DNA of 64,000 nt. Origin: Polyangiales bacterium. Its GTDB lineage: Bacteria; Myxococcota_A; Polyangia; Polyangiales; JADJQN01. The stretch spans positions 224,001-288,000 of the forward strand of contig CAXNJO010000003.1 of the NCBI GenBank assembly GCA_964202905.1. Reading direction: 5' to 3'. Shown here piece after piece: positions 38,301-47,421 of the stretch (positions are counted from its first letter, which is position 1; the number at the start of each line of letters is the position of its first letter). The translations under genes and the position numbers were made by a program. A model generated the notes under the pieces. That model had not been told where the DNA came from and searched no databases. It saw only the letters and a list, made by a program, of their open reading frames with translations.

Positions 38301-41300
38301 ATGGCGACCCCACCGCAGCGCCGTCCCCGTCGGCGCGCCCTCTCGCGCCTCACGCGCTTCGCGCAGACTGGCTCCCAGAACGTCCTCGAGGCGGTGCGGT
38401 TGTCGCGCCTCGCGGCGAGCGGCGCCTCGCCCTACGAGGTCGTCACGCACGACGCGCTGCACCGCCTGCGCCGCTACGCGCGCAACGAGTCCGCGCATGG
38501 CCCGCGCGCGGCGCTGCTGCTCGTGCCGCCGCTCATGCTGACGGCCGAGATCTACGACATCTCCGCAGATCTCTCGGCCATCGCGCCGCTCGCCGCCGCG
38601 GGCGTCGACTGCTGGGTCGTCGACTTCGGTTCGCCCGAGCGCGAAGAGGGCGGGATGTCGCGCACCCTCGACGACCACGTGCGCACGGTCGCAGGCGCCG
38701 TGCGCACGGTGCGCCGCCTCACCGGGCGCGACGTGCACCTCGCGGGCTACTCGCAAGGCGGGATGTTCGCGTACCAAGCCGCCGCGTACCTGCGCTCCGA
38801 AGGCCTCGCCTCGCTCGTCACCTTCGGCAGCCCCGTCGACGTGCACCGCAACGTGCCCTTCGTGCGCGGCGACGGCCTCGCGGCGCTCGTCCTCCGCGGC
38901 GCGCGCGGCGTGCTCGACGCGCCGCTCAAGCGCATCGAGGGGCTGCCGGGCGTGCTCACGAGCACCGCGTTCAAGCTGCTCACGCCGCGCAAGGAGATCG
39001 AGCAGATGTTCGACCTCGTGCTGCGCCTCTGGGACCGCCAGGAGCTCGAGAAGCGCGCCGCGCGGCGCAAATTCCTCGGCGGCGAGGGCTTCGTCGCGTG
39101 GCCCGGTCCGGCGCTCCGCGCCTTCGTCGACGAGCTGATCGTGCAGAACCGCATGATGGCGGGCGGGATCGTCATCGACGGCCGCACGCTGACGCTCGCC
39201 GACATCCGCTGCCCGATCCTCACCGTCGTCGGCCTCCGCGACGAGATCGCGCTGCCCGCCTCCGTCCGCGGGATCCGCCGCGCCGCGCCGCACGCGGAGG
39301 TGCACGAGATCGACGTCGAGGCCGGGCACTTCGGGCTCGTCGTCGGCTCGCGCGCGCTGCGCGAGACGTGGCCCTCGGTGCGCGAGTGGATGCGCTGGCG
39401 CGACGAAGGGGGCCCGGTGCCCGCGCGCCTCGCGGCGCAGGCGGAGGGCGCGACACCGCAGGCCGAGGACTGGGAGCAGGGCTCGGACGCGTGGGACTTC
39501 GCCGTGCCGCTCGACCCGGAGCTCGTGCGCGACGCCGTGCGCTCGACGGTGGGCAACGCCGCGGGCCGCGTCGCCGAGCTGATCGAGGACGCGACGCAGA
39601 ACGCGAGCGCGCTGCGCTGGCAGGTGCCGAAGCTGCGGCGGCTCGGGCGCATCGGGCGCGACACGCGGGTGAGCTTCTCCTTCGAGCTCGCGCGACGCGC
39701 CGCGAAGTCGCCCGACGCGACGTTCTTCCTCTGGAGCGGGCGCGCGTTCTCGTTCCGCAGCGCGGACGAGCGCGTCACGCACGTCGCGAAGGGGCTGCTC
39801 GCGTGCGACGTCGGGCGCGGGGCGCGCGTGGGCGTCGTGATGCTCGGCCGACCGAGCCTGCTGAGCGGCGTGTGCGCGCTCATCCGCCTCGGCGCCGTGG
39901 CCGTGGTCGCGCCGCACGACGCGGGCGACGACGAGCTCGTGCGCGCGCTCTCCGAAGAAGGCGTCGGCGCGGTCCTCACCGACCCCGAGAACGCCGCGCG
40001 GATGCGCCGCCTCTTCCCCCGCGTGCTCGTGCTCGGCGGGGCCGGGAGCGCAGGGCGCGCGCTGCCCGAGGGCGTCGTCGACATGGAGGCGATCGACACC
40101 GCCAGCCGCGATTTCCCCCCCGGATTCGTGCCCGACGCGGGCCTCGCGCAGGATCTCGCGATGGTGCTGCTGACGCGCTCGGCGCGCGGCGGGCTGCGCG
40201 CGTCGCCGGTCACGAACCACCGCTGGGCGTTCTCCGCGCTCGGCGCCGCGGCGGCCTGCACGCTCGCGCCGCACGACACCGTCTACGTGTGTCTGCCGCT
40301 GCACCACCCCGCGGGCCTGCTCGTCGCGGTGTCGAGCGCGGTCGCCGCGGGCGCGCGCCTCGCGCTCGGCTCCGACTTCTCGCCCGAGACGTTCTTCCCC
40401 GAGGTGCGCCGCTACGGCGCGACCATCGTCTTCTACGCGGGCGACATGCTCCGCGCGCTCATCGCGCAGCCGCCCTCGCCCGCCGACCGCAGCCACCCGC
40501 TGCGCCTCGCCGCCGGCAGCGGCATGCGGGCCGACGTCGCGCGCGCGGTGCGCGAGCGCTTCGGCGTCGGCGTGCTCGAGATCTACGCGTCGACCTCGCA
40601 CCACGTCGTCATGGTCGATGCGGCGGGCGAGAAGCCGGGCGCCGTCGGTCGCCCGCTGCCCGGCACGGCGGAGGTCTTCCTCGCGCGCTGGGACTTCGGG
40701 CTCGGTGCGCTCGCGCGCGACCGACGCGGCCGCGCGGTCCCCAGCGAGCCCGGCGAACCCGGGGCCGCGCTCGTGCGCCTCGACGCGCGCCACGGCGACG
40801 GCGCGACGCTCGAGCCATCCCGCATCGTCTCCGGCGTGCGCGAAGCAGGCGACCAGTTCTACGTGCTGCGCGACGTGCTCTCGCGCGACGCCGACGGCGA
40901 CCACTTCTACCTCGGCACGCTCGACGAGGCCGTGCTGCGCGGGGACACGCCCGTATTCCCACGCGCGATCGAGGACGTCCTCTACCGCGTCCCCGGCGTC
41001 GAGCGCGCGATCGTGCAGGCGCGCCGCGCGCCCGGCGGCGGCACCACGCTCGTCGCGACGCTGCAGCTCGGCGCGACGCAGCCCGCCGCGCCCGACGGCC
41101 TGCCTCCCCTCGACGCGGCCGCGCTCGCGACCATCGTCGACGATGGTCTTGCGCCCGCAGCGCGCCCGGACGTCGTGCGCGTCGCCTCGAAGCTGGAGGT
41201 CTCCGCGGGCTTCCGCGTGCTCGCCCCGGCGCTCCCCGACGAGCTGCGCGCCGAGCGCGGCGTGCGCGTCCTCGCGCGGCGCGGCGCGGGCTACGCGTCG

Positions 41301-41306
41301 GTCTGA
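38301..41306 (+). CDS. Alpha/beta-hydrolase (PhaC-like fold) fused to an acyl-CoA synthetase-like domain (Rv1683-like)
   Basis: LLVPPLM, VDFGSP, GYSQGG and GHFGLVVG; AMP-binding fold with PLHH and GAVGRPLPG. Confidence 0.8.
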   Translation: MATPPQRRPRRRALSRLTRFAQTGSQNVLEAVRLSRLAASGASPYEVVTHDALHRLRRYARNESAHGPRAALLLVPPLMLTAEIYDISADLSAIAPLAAAGVDCWVVDFGSPEREEGGMSRTLDDHVRTVAGAVRTVRRLTGRDVHLAGYSQGGMFAYQAAAYLRSEGLASLVTFGSPVDVHRNVPFVRGDGLAALVLRGARGVLDAPLKRIEGLPGVLTSTAFKLLTPRKEIEQMFDLVLRLWDRQELEKRAARRKFLGGEGFVAWPGPALRAFVDELIVQNRMMAGGIVIDGRTLTLADIRCPILTVVGLRDEIALPASVRGIRRAAPHAEVHEIDVEAGHFGLVVGSRALRETWPSVREWMRWRDEGGPVPARLAAQAEGATPQAEDWEQGSDAWDFAVPLDPELVRDAVRSTVGNAAGRVAELIEDATQNASALRWQVPKLRRLGRIGRDTRVSFSFELARRAAKSPDATFFLWSGRAFSFRSADERVTHVAKGLLACDVGRGARVGVVMLGRPSLLSGVCALIRLGAVAVVAPHDAGDDELVRALSEEGVGAVLTDPENAARMRRLFPRVLVLGGAGSAGRALPEGVVDMEAIDTASRDFPPGFVPDAGLAQDLAMVLLTRSARGGLRASPVTNHRWAFSALGAAAACTLAPHDTVYVCLPLHHPAGLLVAVSSAVAAGARLALGSDFSPETFFPEVRRYGATIVFYAGDMLRALIAQPPSPADRSHPLRLAAGSGMRADVARAVRERFGVGVLEIYASTSHHVVMVDAAGEKPGAVGRPLPGTAEVFLARWDFGLGALARDRRGRAVPSEPGEPGAALVRLDARHGDGATLEPSRIVSGVREAGDQFYVLRDVLSRDADGDHFYLGTLDEAVLRGDTPVFPRAIEDVLYRVPGVERAIVQARRAPGGGTTLVATLQLGATQPAAPDGLPPLDAAALATIVDDGLAPAARPDVVRVASKLEVSAGFRVLAPALPDELRAERGVRVLARRGAGYASV

Positions 41307-42185
41307 CGGCGGCGTACGGGAAGCACGCGCGAGACGCGCGGCTGACAGCGCGCGCAGTGCACCGTCGCGCGGCCGGCCTGCGCGATCGTCGCGAGCACGT
41401 GCCCGCAACGCGGACACGGCTGCCCGTCGCGCCCGTAGACGAGAAAGCGGTTCACGCCACCGTCGCCGAGATAGGCGAAGTCGGTCCGCGCGACCTCGCG
41501 CATCGCGAAGCGCAGCGCGCCGGCGATCCCGCGCGCGAGCCGCCGCAGCGCGTCCGCATCGAGCGCACCCGCGGGCGTCTCCGGGTGCACGCCCGCGCGG
41601 AACAACGCCTCGGTCGCGTGGATGTTCCCGAGACCCGCGAGCACCGCCTGATCGAGGAGCGCCGCCTTGATCGGCCGGCGCTGCCCCGCGAGCACCCGCC
41701 GCAGCGTCGCGGTGCGCCCGCCATAACGCAGCGCGTCAGGACCGAGCGCGTCGACGCCCGCGAGCGTGCGCACCGCCTCCGGCGGCCCCGCGCTCGCCGT
41801 CCCGAAGCGGCGCACGTCGACGAAGGCGAGGCGATGCGCGCTCGAGCCCGAGGGCGTAGCGCGTGTGGGGCGGGAGCGGCGCCTCGCGCGCCGTGACCAC
41901 GAAGCGCCCCGTCATGCGCAGATGCGTCCACAGCAGCGTCTCGCGCAGCCCCTCATCGCCACATGACGCACCTCGCGACGCACCGTCCGCGAGCGTGACG
42001 AAGAGGTGCTTGCCCTCGCGCGTCGCGCCCACGACGACGCGGCCCCGGAGCGCGGCGACGAAGCCCTCGACGTCGACGCCGCGCAGCACGCGCGCGTCGG
42101 TGACGACCACCTCCTCGACGCGCGCACCGCGCGCGGCCGCGTCGAGAAGGCGCGCCTCGCGCTCGACCTCGGGCAGCTCCGGCAC
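41291..42185 (-). CDS. mutM: Formamidopyrimidine-DNA glycosylase (frameshift ~41838)
   Basis: MPELPEVE, REGKHL, HLRMTG, LGPDAL, LLDQ..AGLGNI and a C-terminal CPRC...CARCQ zinc finger. Confidence 0.92.
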
Positions 42186-42195
42186 GCGCGGCTCC

Positions 42196-43752
42196 CTACG
42201 ACAGCGCGCGCTCGCGCATGCGCCACACGAGCCGCGTCGCCATCGCCATGATGCCGATCTGCGGGTTCACGCCGAGGCTCGTCGGCACCACGCTGCCGTC
42301 CGCGACGTAGAGCTCGCGCGTGCCCCAGACGCGCCCCTCCGGATCGACCACGCCGCTCTCCGGTGTCGCGCTCATGCGGCAGCTCCCGAGCGGATGCTGC
42401 GACGAGCACTCGATCTGCGAGGCCCGGATCCGCCCGAGATCGAGGCGCTTCAGGCCGTCCGCATCGACCGGCTCCAGCCCGAGGACCGGCAGGTAGCACT
42501 CGCGCGCCCCCGCCTCGAAGAACGCCTCCGCCATGCGGCGCATGAGCACGGGGATCGCGGCGCGGTCCTCGCGCGCCATGCGGTACGTGAGGATCGGCTC
42601 GCGCCCCGGGCCGCGCCAGAGGCGGCCGCCGCCCTCGTCGTGGATGAGCCCGCCGAACATCGCGAGATGCGGCAGGTTCCGCGCGCGTTCGACGTGTCGT
42701 TTCGCGGCGCCGGGCATCGTCGCCGCCATCACGCCCTGCGGGATGAAGAGCCCGGTGAGCGTGACGCGCTCGGCGTGGAAGGCGTCCGAGAACGAGGCCT
42801 GCATCGCGCCCTTCCAGCCGCGCACCGGCTCGTCGAAGCGCGCGATCATGCGGAAGGCCGGGTGCAGCGTGAGGTGCCGGCCGAGGTGCCCGCTGCGCCG
42901 CCCGACGCCGCTCCGCGCGAGCAGCACGGGCGAGTGCATGCCGCCGCAGGCGACGACCACGCGGCGCGCGCGGACGCGCAATCGCAACCGCCGCTTCGCG
43001 CGCGGGTTGTCGAGGATGAAGCCCTCGACGCCCACCGCGCGATCGCCCTCGAAGCGGATCCGTTCGACGAGCGCGTCCGCGTAGAGCTCGGCGCCCGCCG
43101 CGAGCGCGCGCGGCAGGTGGCTCTGATCGACGCTCTTCTTCGCGCCGTGCGGGCAGCCGAAGTTGCAGCGCCCCTCGCCCTCGCAGCCGTGCGTGTTGCG
43201 GCGCATCGGGTGCGTGGCGTGCCCGCCGCGCGCCATGCCCTCCGCGAAGAGCACGGCCCCGCGGGAGCGCGCCTCGGGCGGCACCGACTCGACCTGCATC
43301 GCGCGCTCGACGGCGTCGTAGCAGGGCTCCATCGCGGCGCGGCCGAGGTCGGAGGGCAAGCCGCGCTCGCGCAGCCACACGTCGTGCACGGACTCCGGCA
43401 CGCGGAAGCACACACCGCCCGTCAGCGTCGAGGAGCCGCCGACGACGCGGCCCGCGGTGACGTTGATCGCGGGCGTGTCGCCGAGGGGCCACGCGATGGT
43501 CATCGCCGCGTCGCGCCAGACGTGCCGGATCGACTCGCTCGGCCGCATCGCGCCGTGCTCGGCGGCCGTCACGTGCGGGCCCTCCTCGAGCACGATGACG
43601 TGCTGCCCGGCGAGCGCGAGCTCCGTCGCGACGACCGCGCCGCCCGCGCCGGAGCCGACGACCACCACGTCGCACTGCAGGTCGAGGTCGCGCGTGTGCG
43701 ACGCGCCGCGGTGGATCGCGCCCGCGGCCCGCGCCGAGCCCGCCCCGCTCAA
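42196..43752 (-). CDS. GMC-family oxidoreductase
   Basis: VVVGSGAGG, GRVVGGSS, CNFGC, HPLGSCRM and ADGSVVPTSLGVNPQ motifs; start inferred at a TTGA overlap. Confidence 0.9.
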   Translation of the reverse strand: MSGAGSARAAGAIHRGASHTRDLDLQCDVVVVGSGAGGAVVATELALAGQHVIVLEEGPHVTAAEHGAMRPSESIRHVWRDAAMTIAWPLGDTPAINVTAGRVVGGSSTLTGGVCFRVPESVHDVWLRERGLPSDLGRAAMEPCYDAVERAMQVESVPPEARSRGAVLFAEGMARGGHATHPMRRNTHGCEGEGRCNFGCPHGAKKSVDQSHLPRALAAGAELYADALVERIRFEGDRAVGVEGFILDNPRAKRRLRLRVRARRVVVACGGMHSPVLLARSGVGRRSGHLGRHLTLHPAFRMIARFDEPVRGWKGAMQASFSDAFHAERVTLTGLFIPQGVMAATMPGAAKRHVERARNLPHLAMFGGLIHDEGGGRLWRGPGREPILTYRMAREDRAAIPVLMRRMAEAFFEAGARECYLPVLGLEPVDADGLKRLDLGRIRASQIECSSQHPLGSCRMSATPESGVVDPEGRVWGTRELYVADGSVVPTSLGVNPQIGIMAMATRLVWRMRERALS

Positions 43753-44246
43753 CGCCGCCCCCGCACGAGCGACGACGCCGGCCGCGCGACGCCCGCCGGA
43801 TGCCCGTCGAAACCGAGCTCGCGCGCGGCGTCCGGGTGCTCGTAGTACATGAGGCAGAGCAGCGCCTTGGCGCCGAAGAACGCGAAGCCGAGCGGGCTCC
43901 GCTCGAGGCGCTCGAGCACCGCGATGCGCCCCGCGACGGAGAGGCGCGTCAGCGGCGGCAGCGAGAGCGCCCAGAGCGGCCCGACCCACACGACGACGAA
44001 CACGCAGAGCCGGAACATCGCGCGCGCGCGCCCCGTCGCGCGGCCGAGGAAGTCCCGCACGTCGCCCTCGAGCCAGGCGACACGCTCTGCGGGCGGCGGC
44101 GCGATGCCATCATGGAAGAGGGCTTCCGCGATGCGCCCGCAGGCGCGCACGACGCCCTCCGGGACGCGGCTCGGTTCCCCGGCGAGGCCGGGCGCCGTGG
44201 ATGGGCTCACGGGCGCGAGGTTGTCACGCGCCGGGCCTCCGATCAT
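43749..44246 (-). CDS. Small GMC partner protein (gluconate 2-dehydrogenase subunit-3-like)
   Basis: Coupled on both sides; KALLCLMYYEHP...LGFDG tail typical of proteins preceding GMC genes. Confidence 0.6.
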   Translation of the reverse strand: MIGGPARDNLAPVSPSTAPGLAGEPSRVPEGVVRACGRIAEALFHDGIAPPPAERVAWLEGDVRDFLGRATGRARAMFRLCVFVVVWVGPLWALSLPPLTRLSVAGRIAVLERLERSPLGFAFFGAKALLCLMYYEHPDAARELGFDGHPAGVARPASSLVRGRR

Positions 44247-45376
44247 GCGCGTCGACCACCGAGGCGCGGCAGCATCCCCGCGAGCGTCGGCACGAGCGCG
44301 GCGCCGAGCACGCGGCAGCGCTCGGGCGACCAGCCGCCCGCGGCGTCGGGCGCGTTGGCGTTGTCGATGAAGGGCATCTCGAGCGTGAACGAGAGCGCGT
44401 CGAAGAGGTCCGCCGCCCAGTTCGCGGCGATGCGCAGGTTGGCCTTGCCCGGCGCGTCCTTCGGGTAGCCGTGCACCGTCTGCATGTCCGGGCTCGCCCC
44501 ACCGAGCCCGGCGACGAACGCGGCCTCGAGGACGGCGGCGTGCGGCGTGCGCATCGGCACGCCATCCGTGCCCTGCACGAACACGTAGGGGATCAGTTCG
44601 TCGCCGTGCACGTCGAGGAAGAACGCGCAGCCGCGGGCCTGCATCGCGGCGCGCACCGCGGCGACCTCCGGCGCGCGCGCGTCGGGCGCAAGCCACTGCC
44701 GGTTCATGTCGAGGCCCGCCAGGTTGGTGCGGTGCGCGCCGATCGCGACGCCGTCCGGGTTGATCCGCGGCACGAGCGCGATCGCGGCGCCCGCGAGGAG
44801 CGCGCGCGCGTCCGGCCCGTCGGCGAGCAGCGCGTCGACGAACCCTTCCACCCAGAAGCCCGCCATGTGCTCACCCGGGTGCTGCTGCGCGACGATCCAG
44901 CAGACCGGCGCCCCCGCGCGCTCGGTCCCGAACTCGAGGAGCGAGACGTCCCGCCCGCCCGGCGTGCGGACGAGCGCGCGCGTCCGGGCGCCCGCGGCCG
45001 CGGCCCGCGTGACCACCGCGTCGATGCGCGCGTTCGCGCAGGGCGGGTAGTAGGCGTAGAGGGCGCGCGGTCCACGGGGCGTGTCGGTGAAGCGGAGCAC
45101 GCCCTCGGCGTACGTGGTCGGGACGCGGAACCACGCCTCGCCGTCGTGCGACGCGCAGACGCGGTAATCCACGAAGGCGCGCGGCCAGGTGCAGCGCGCC
45201 GCGTTCTCGATGGCCATCGCGAGCGGCTCGCCGTCCGCGTCCTCGACGGCGAAGGCGAACCACTGCCGGAAGCGCGGGTGCCCCGGATCGGCCGGGATCG
45301 CGAGGCGGATCGCGTCGGCGCTCTCCGCGGCGAGGACCTCGATGCGGGCCCCCTCGAAATCGGTCGCGATGCGCAT
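44243..45376 (-). CDS. M14-type cytosolic carboxypeptidase (CCP/Nna1-like)
   Basis: FEGARI, QWFAF, YAYYPP, QQHPGE, NPDG, DMNRQW, LDVHGDE and TLEMPF motifs. Confidence 0.9.
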   Translation of the reverse strand: MRIATDFEGARIEVLAAESADAIRLAIPADPGHPRFRQWFAFAVEDADGEPLAMAIENAARCTWPRAFVDYRVCASHDGEAWFRVPTTYAEGVLRFTDTPRGPRALYAYYPPCANARIDAVVTRAAAAGARTRALVRTPGGRDVSLLEFGTERAGAPVCWIVAQQHPGEHMAGFWVEGFVDALLADGPDARALLAGAAIALVPRINPDGVAIGAHRTNLAGLDMNRQWLAPDARAPEVAAVRAAMQARGCAFFLDVHGDELIPYVFVQGTDGVPMRTPHAAVLEAAFVAGLGGASPDMQTVHGYPKDAPGKANLRIAANWAADLFDALSFTLEMPFIDNANAPDAAGGWSPERCRVLGAALVPTLAGMLPRLGGRRA

Positions 45377-45438
45377 CGGCCCGTGAAGTTCCACGAAGAA
45401 TGCGCCGGACGCAAACGCCTTCCGCTATCCTCGCGCGC

Positions 45439-46650
45439 ATGAGTGAGCGTCACACCATCCTCTGCCTCGCGAGCTACGAGAAGGGCCACGACTTCCTCCG
45501 CCAGTGCAAAGCGCAGGGTTGGCGCGTCCTCCTGCTCGCCTCCCTCAGCCTGAAGGACGTCGCGAAGTGGCCGAGCGAGGCCGTCGACGAGGTCTTCTGG
45601 ATGCGCGACGTCGAGAAGAAATGGGACCCGCAGGAGACGCTCCGCGCCGTCAGCTACCTCGCGCGCTCGCACCAGATCGATCGCATCGTGCCGCTCGACG
45701 ACTTCGACCTCGAGATCGCCGCGCTGCTCCGCGAGCACCTGCGCGTGCCGGGCATGGGCGAGACGACGACGCGCTACTTCCGCGACAAGCTCGCGATGCG
45801 CGTCCGCGCCCAGAGCGCGGGGCTGCGCGTGCCGGAGTTCGTCGGCGTGATCAACGACGCGCAGATTCGCGCGTTCACCGCGCGCATCCCCGCGCCGTGG
45901 ATGCTCAAGCCGCGCTTCATGGCGGGCTCGATCGGCATCCGCAAGATCGAGAACGAGAAGGAGCTCTGGCAGCGCATCGACGAGCTCGGCGACGAGCGCT
46001 CGCTCTACGTGCTCGAGCGCTACCTGCCCGGCGACGTCTTCCACGTCGATGCGCTCGTCTTCGAGAACCACGTCCGCTTCGCGATCGCGAGCGCCTACGG
46101 CAAGCCGCCGTTCGACGCCTCGCACGGCGGCGACGTCTTCACCACGCGCGTGATGCCGCGCACCGACCCGCTCGCGGTGCGCCTCTCCGCCGACTGCGCG
46201 AAGGTGCTCGGCGCGATGCGCCTCGTGCGCGGCGCCTCGCACACCGAGTTCATCCGCGCGCACGCGGACGGGCAGCTCTACTTCCTCGAGACGGCCGCGC
46301 GCGTCGGCGGCGCGCACATCGCGGACATGCTCGAGGCCGCGACCGGCCTGAACATGTGGCGCGAGTGGGCGAAGATCGAGCTCGCCGGCGAGGACGGCTC
46401 GTACGACGTCCGCGCATCGCGCGAGGAGTACGCCGGCCTGCTCGTCGCGCTCGCCCGCGAGGAGCGCCCGGACACGCGCACCTTCGCCGAGCCGGAGGTC
46501 GTCTGGCGCATGGACAAGAAGTTCCACATCGGGCTCGTCGTGCGCTCGCTGAACGCGGCGCGCGTCGAGACGCTCGTCGGCGAGTACCGCGAGCGCATCC
46601 GCCGCGACGTGCTCGCCTTCGTGCCGCCGCCCGCGCGCCCGGGCGACTGA
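45439..46650 (+). CDS. ATP-grasp domain protein
   Basis: FRDKLAMR, MLKPR..AGSIGIRK, LERYLPG and HTEFI...YFLETAARVGG motifs. Confidence 0.88.
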   Translation: MSERHTILCLASYEKGHDFLRQCKAQGWRVLLLASLSLKDVAKWPSEAVDEVFWMRDVEKKWDPQETLRAVSYLARSHQIDRIVPLDDFDLEIAALLREHLRVPGMGETTTRYFRDKLAMRVRAQSAGLRVPEFVGVINDAQIRAFTARIPAPWMLKPRFMAGSIGIRKIENEKELWQRIDELGDERSLYVLERYLPGDVFHVDALVFENHVRFAIASAYGKPPFDASHGGDVFTTRVMPRTDPLAVRLSADCAKVLGAMRLVRGASHTEFIRAHADGQLYFLETAARVGGAHIADMLEAATGLNMWREWAKIELAGEDGSYDVRASREEYAGLLVALAREERPDTRTFAEPEVVWRMDKKFHIGLVVRSLNAARVETLVGEYRERIRRDVLAFVPPPARPGD

Positions 46651-46792
46651 TCCCGCGGCGCGATCCGCGCGAGCCATCCGAGGCCCGCGCGGATTTCGTA
46701 TCTGCGACGCAGGATTTCATCCGCGCGATGCGCGCGGCCCGGCGCGAGCGACTCGGCCATCCGAACACCGAGGTTTCCCGCCTCTTCATGCA

Positions 46793-46808
46793 TGGCACGG
46801 TTACTGCA
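46793..46808 (+). promoter_or_regulatory. Sigma-54 (-24/-12) promoter
   Basis: TGGCACG-GTTA-CTGCA: GG at 46794-46795 and GC at 46806-46807 with exact GG-N10-GC spacing; one mismatch to TGGCACG-N4-TTGCW. Confidence 0.75.
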
Positions 46809-46819
46809 TCAGGTTTGAT

Positions 46820-46930
46820 GGCAGACGGCAGAGCGCGCGCCCCTCCCCCCAACGCGTGCCGGCCGTCGCCCTCTGTGGTGGCTCGAGCGACCTCCCATCC
46901 CCCCCCTTGGGGAGGTCGCTCGGGCTGCCC
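46820..46930 (+). ncRNA. Candidate sigma-54-dependent sRNA with two C-rich-loop hairpins
   Basis: The predicted TSS coincides with the base of hairpin 1 (46820-46870, loop CCCCTCCCCCCAA). Hairpin 2 is 46881-46925 (16-bp stem, loop ATCCCCCCCCTTG). No plus-strand gene follows; the next gene is convergent. Confidence 0.6.
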
Positions 46931-46949
46931 TCTTCGGTGTCTCCTGCGC

Positions 46950-47336
46950 TCAGCGGACGGCGAGCGCGGCGACCACCAGCGCGGCCCAGCCCACGAGCAG
47001 CAGCACGCCCCCGATCGGCGTGATCGCGCCGAGCCAGCGCGCACCGCTCACCGCGAGCGCGTAGAGCGAGCCCGAGAACACGAGCACCCCGACCGCGAAG
47101 GCGAACCCCGCGACGGTCGCGGCCGCGTGCTGCGTCCGACCCGCGAGCAGCGCGGCGAGCCCGATCGCGAGCGCATGCGCGAGGTGGTACTGCGTCGCCG
47201 TCTGCCACCACTCGACGCGCTTCGCCGCGTCTGCCGCGCGCTCGAACACGTGCCGCAGCCCGTGCGCGCCGAACGCCCCGAGCGCGACCCCGAAAAAGCC
47301 GTAGACCCCCGCGACGACGAGCAGCGTTCGCTCCAT
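46950..47336 (-). CDS. DUF423 (YgdD/TMEM256) membrane protein
   Basis: VALGAFGAHGL, WQTATQYHLAHAL, FSGSLYAL and LGAITPIGG motifs. Confidence 0.92.
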   Translation of the reverse strand: MERTLLVVAGVYGFFGVALGAFGAHGLRHVFERAADAAKRVEWWQTATQYHLAHALAIGLAALLAGRTQHAAATVAGFAFAVGVLVFSGSLYALAVSGARWLGAITPIGGVLLLVGWAALVVAALAVR

Positions 47337-47421
47337 GGCGCGGCAGCGTAGCGGCGCATGCCGCACGCGCACCCCGCGCGGCACGCGTTCCACGACATCG
47401 TGCCTCGTGTACCCTCGGGCC

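Noticed and set aside
38301..39400. PHA synthase (phaC)
   Set aside because: The nucleophile motif is GYSQGG (Ser), not the Cys lipase-box of PhaC, and the domain is fused to an adenylation fold.
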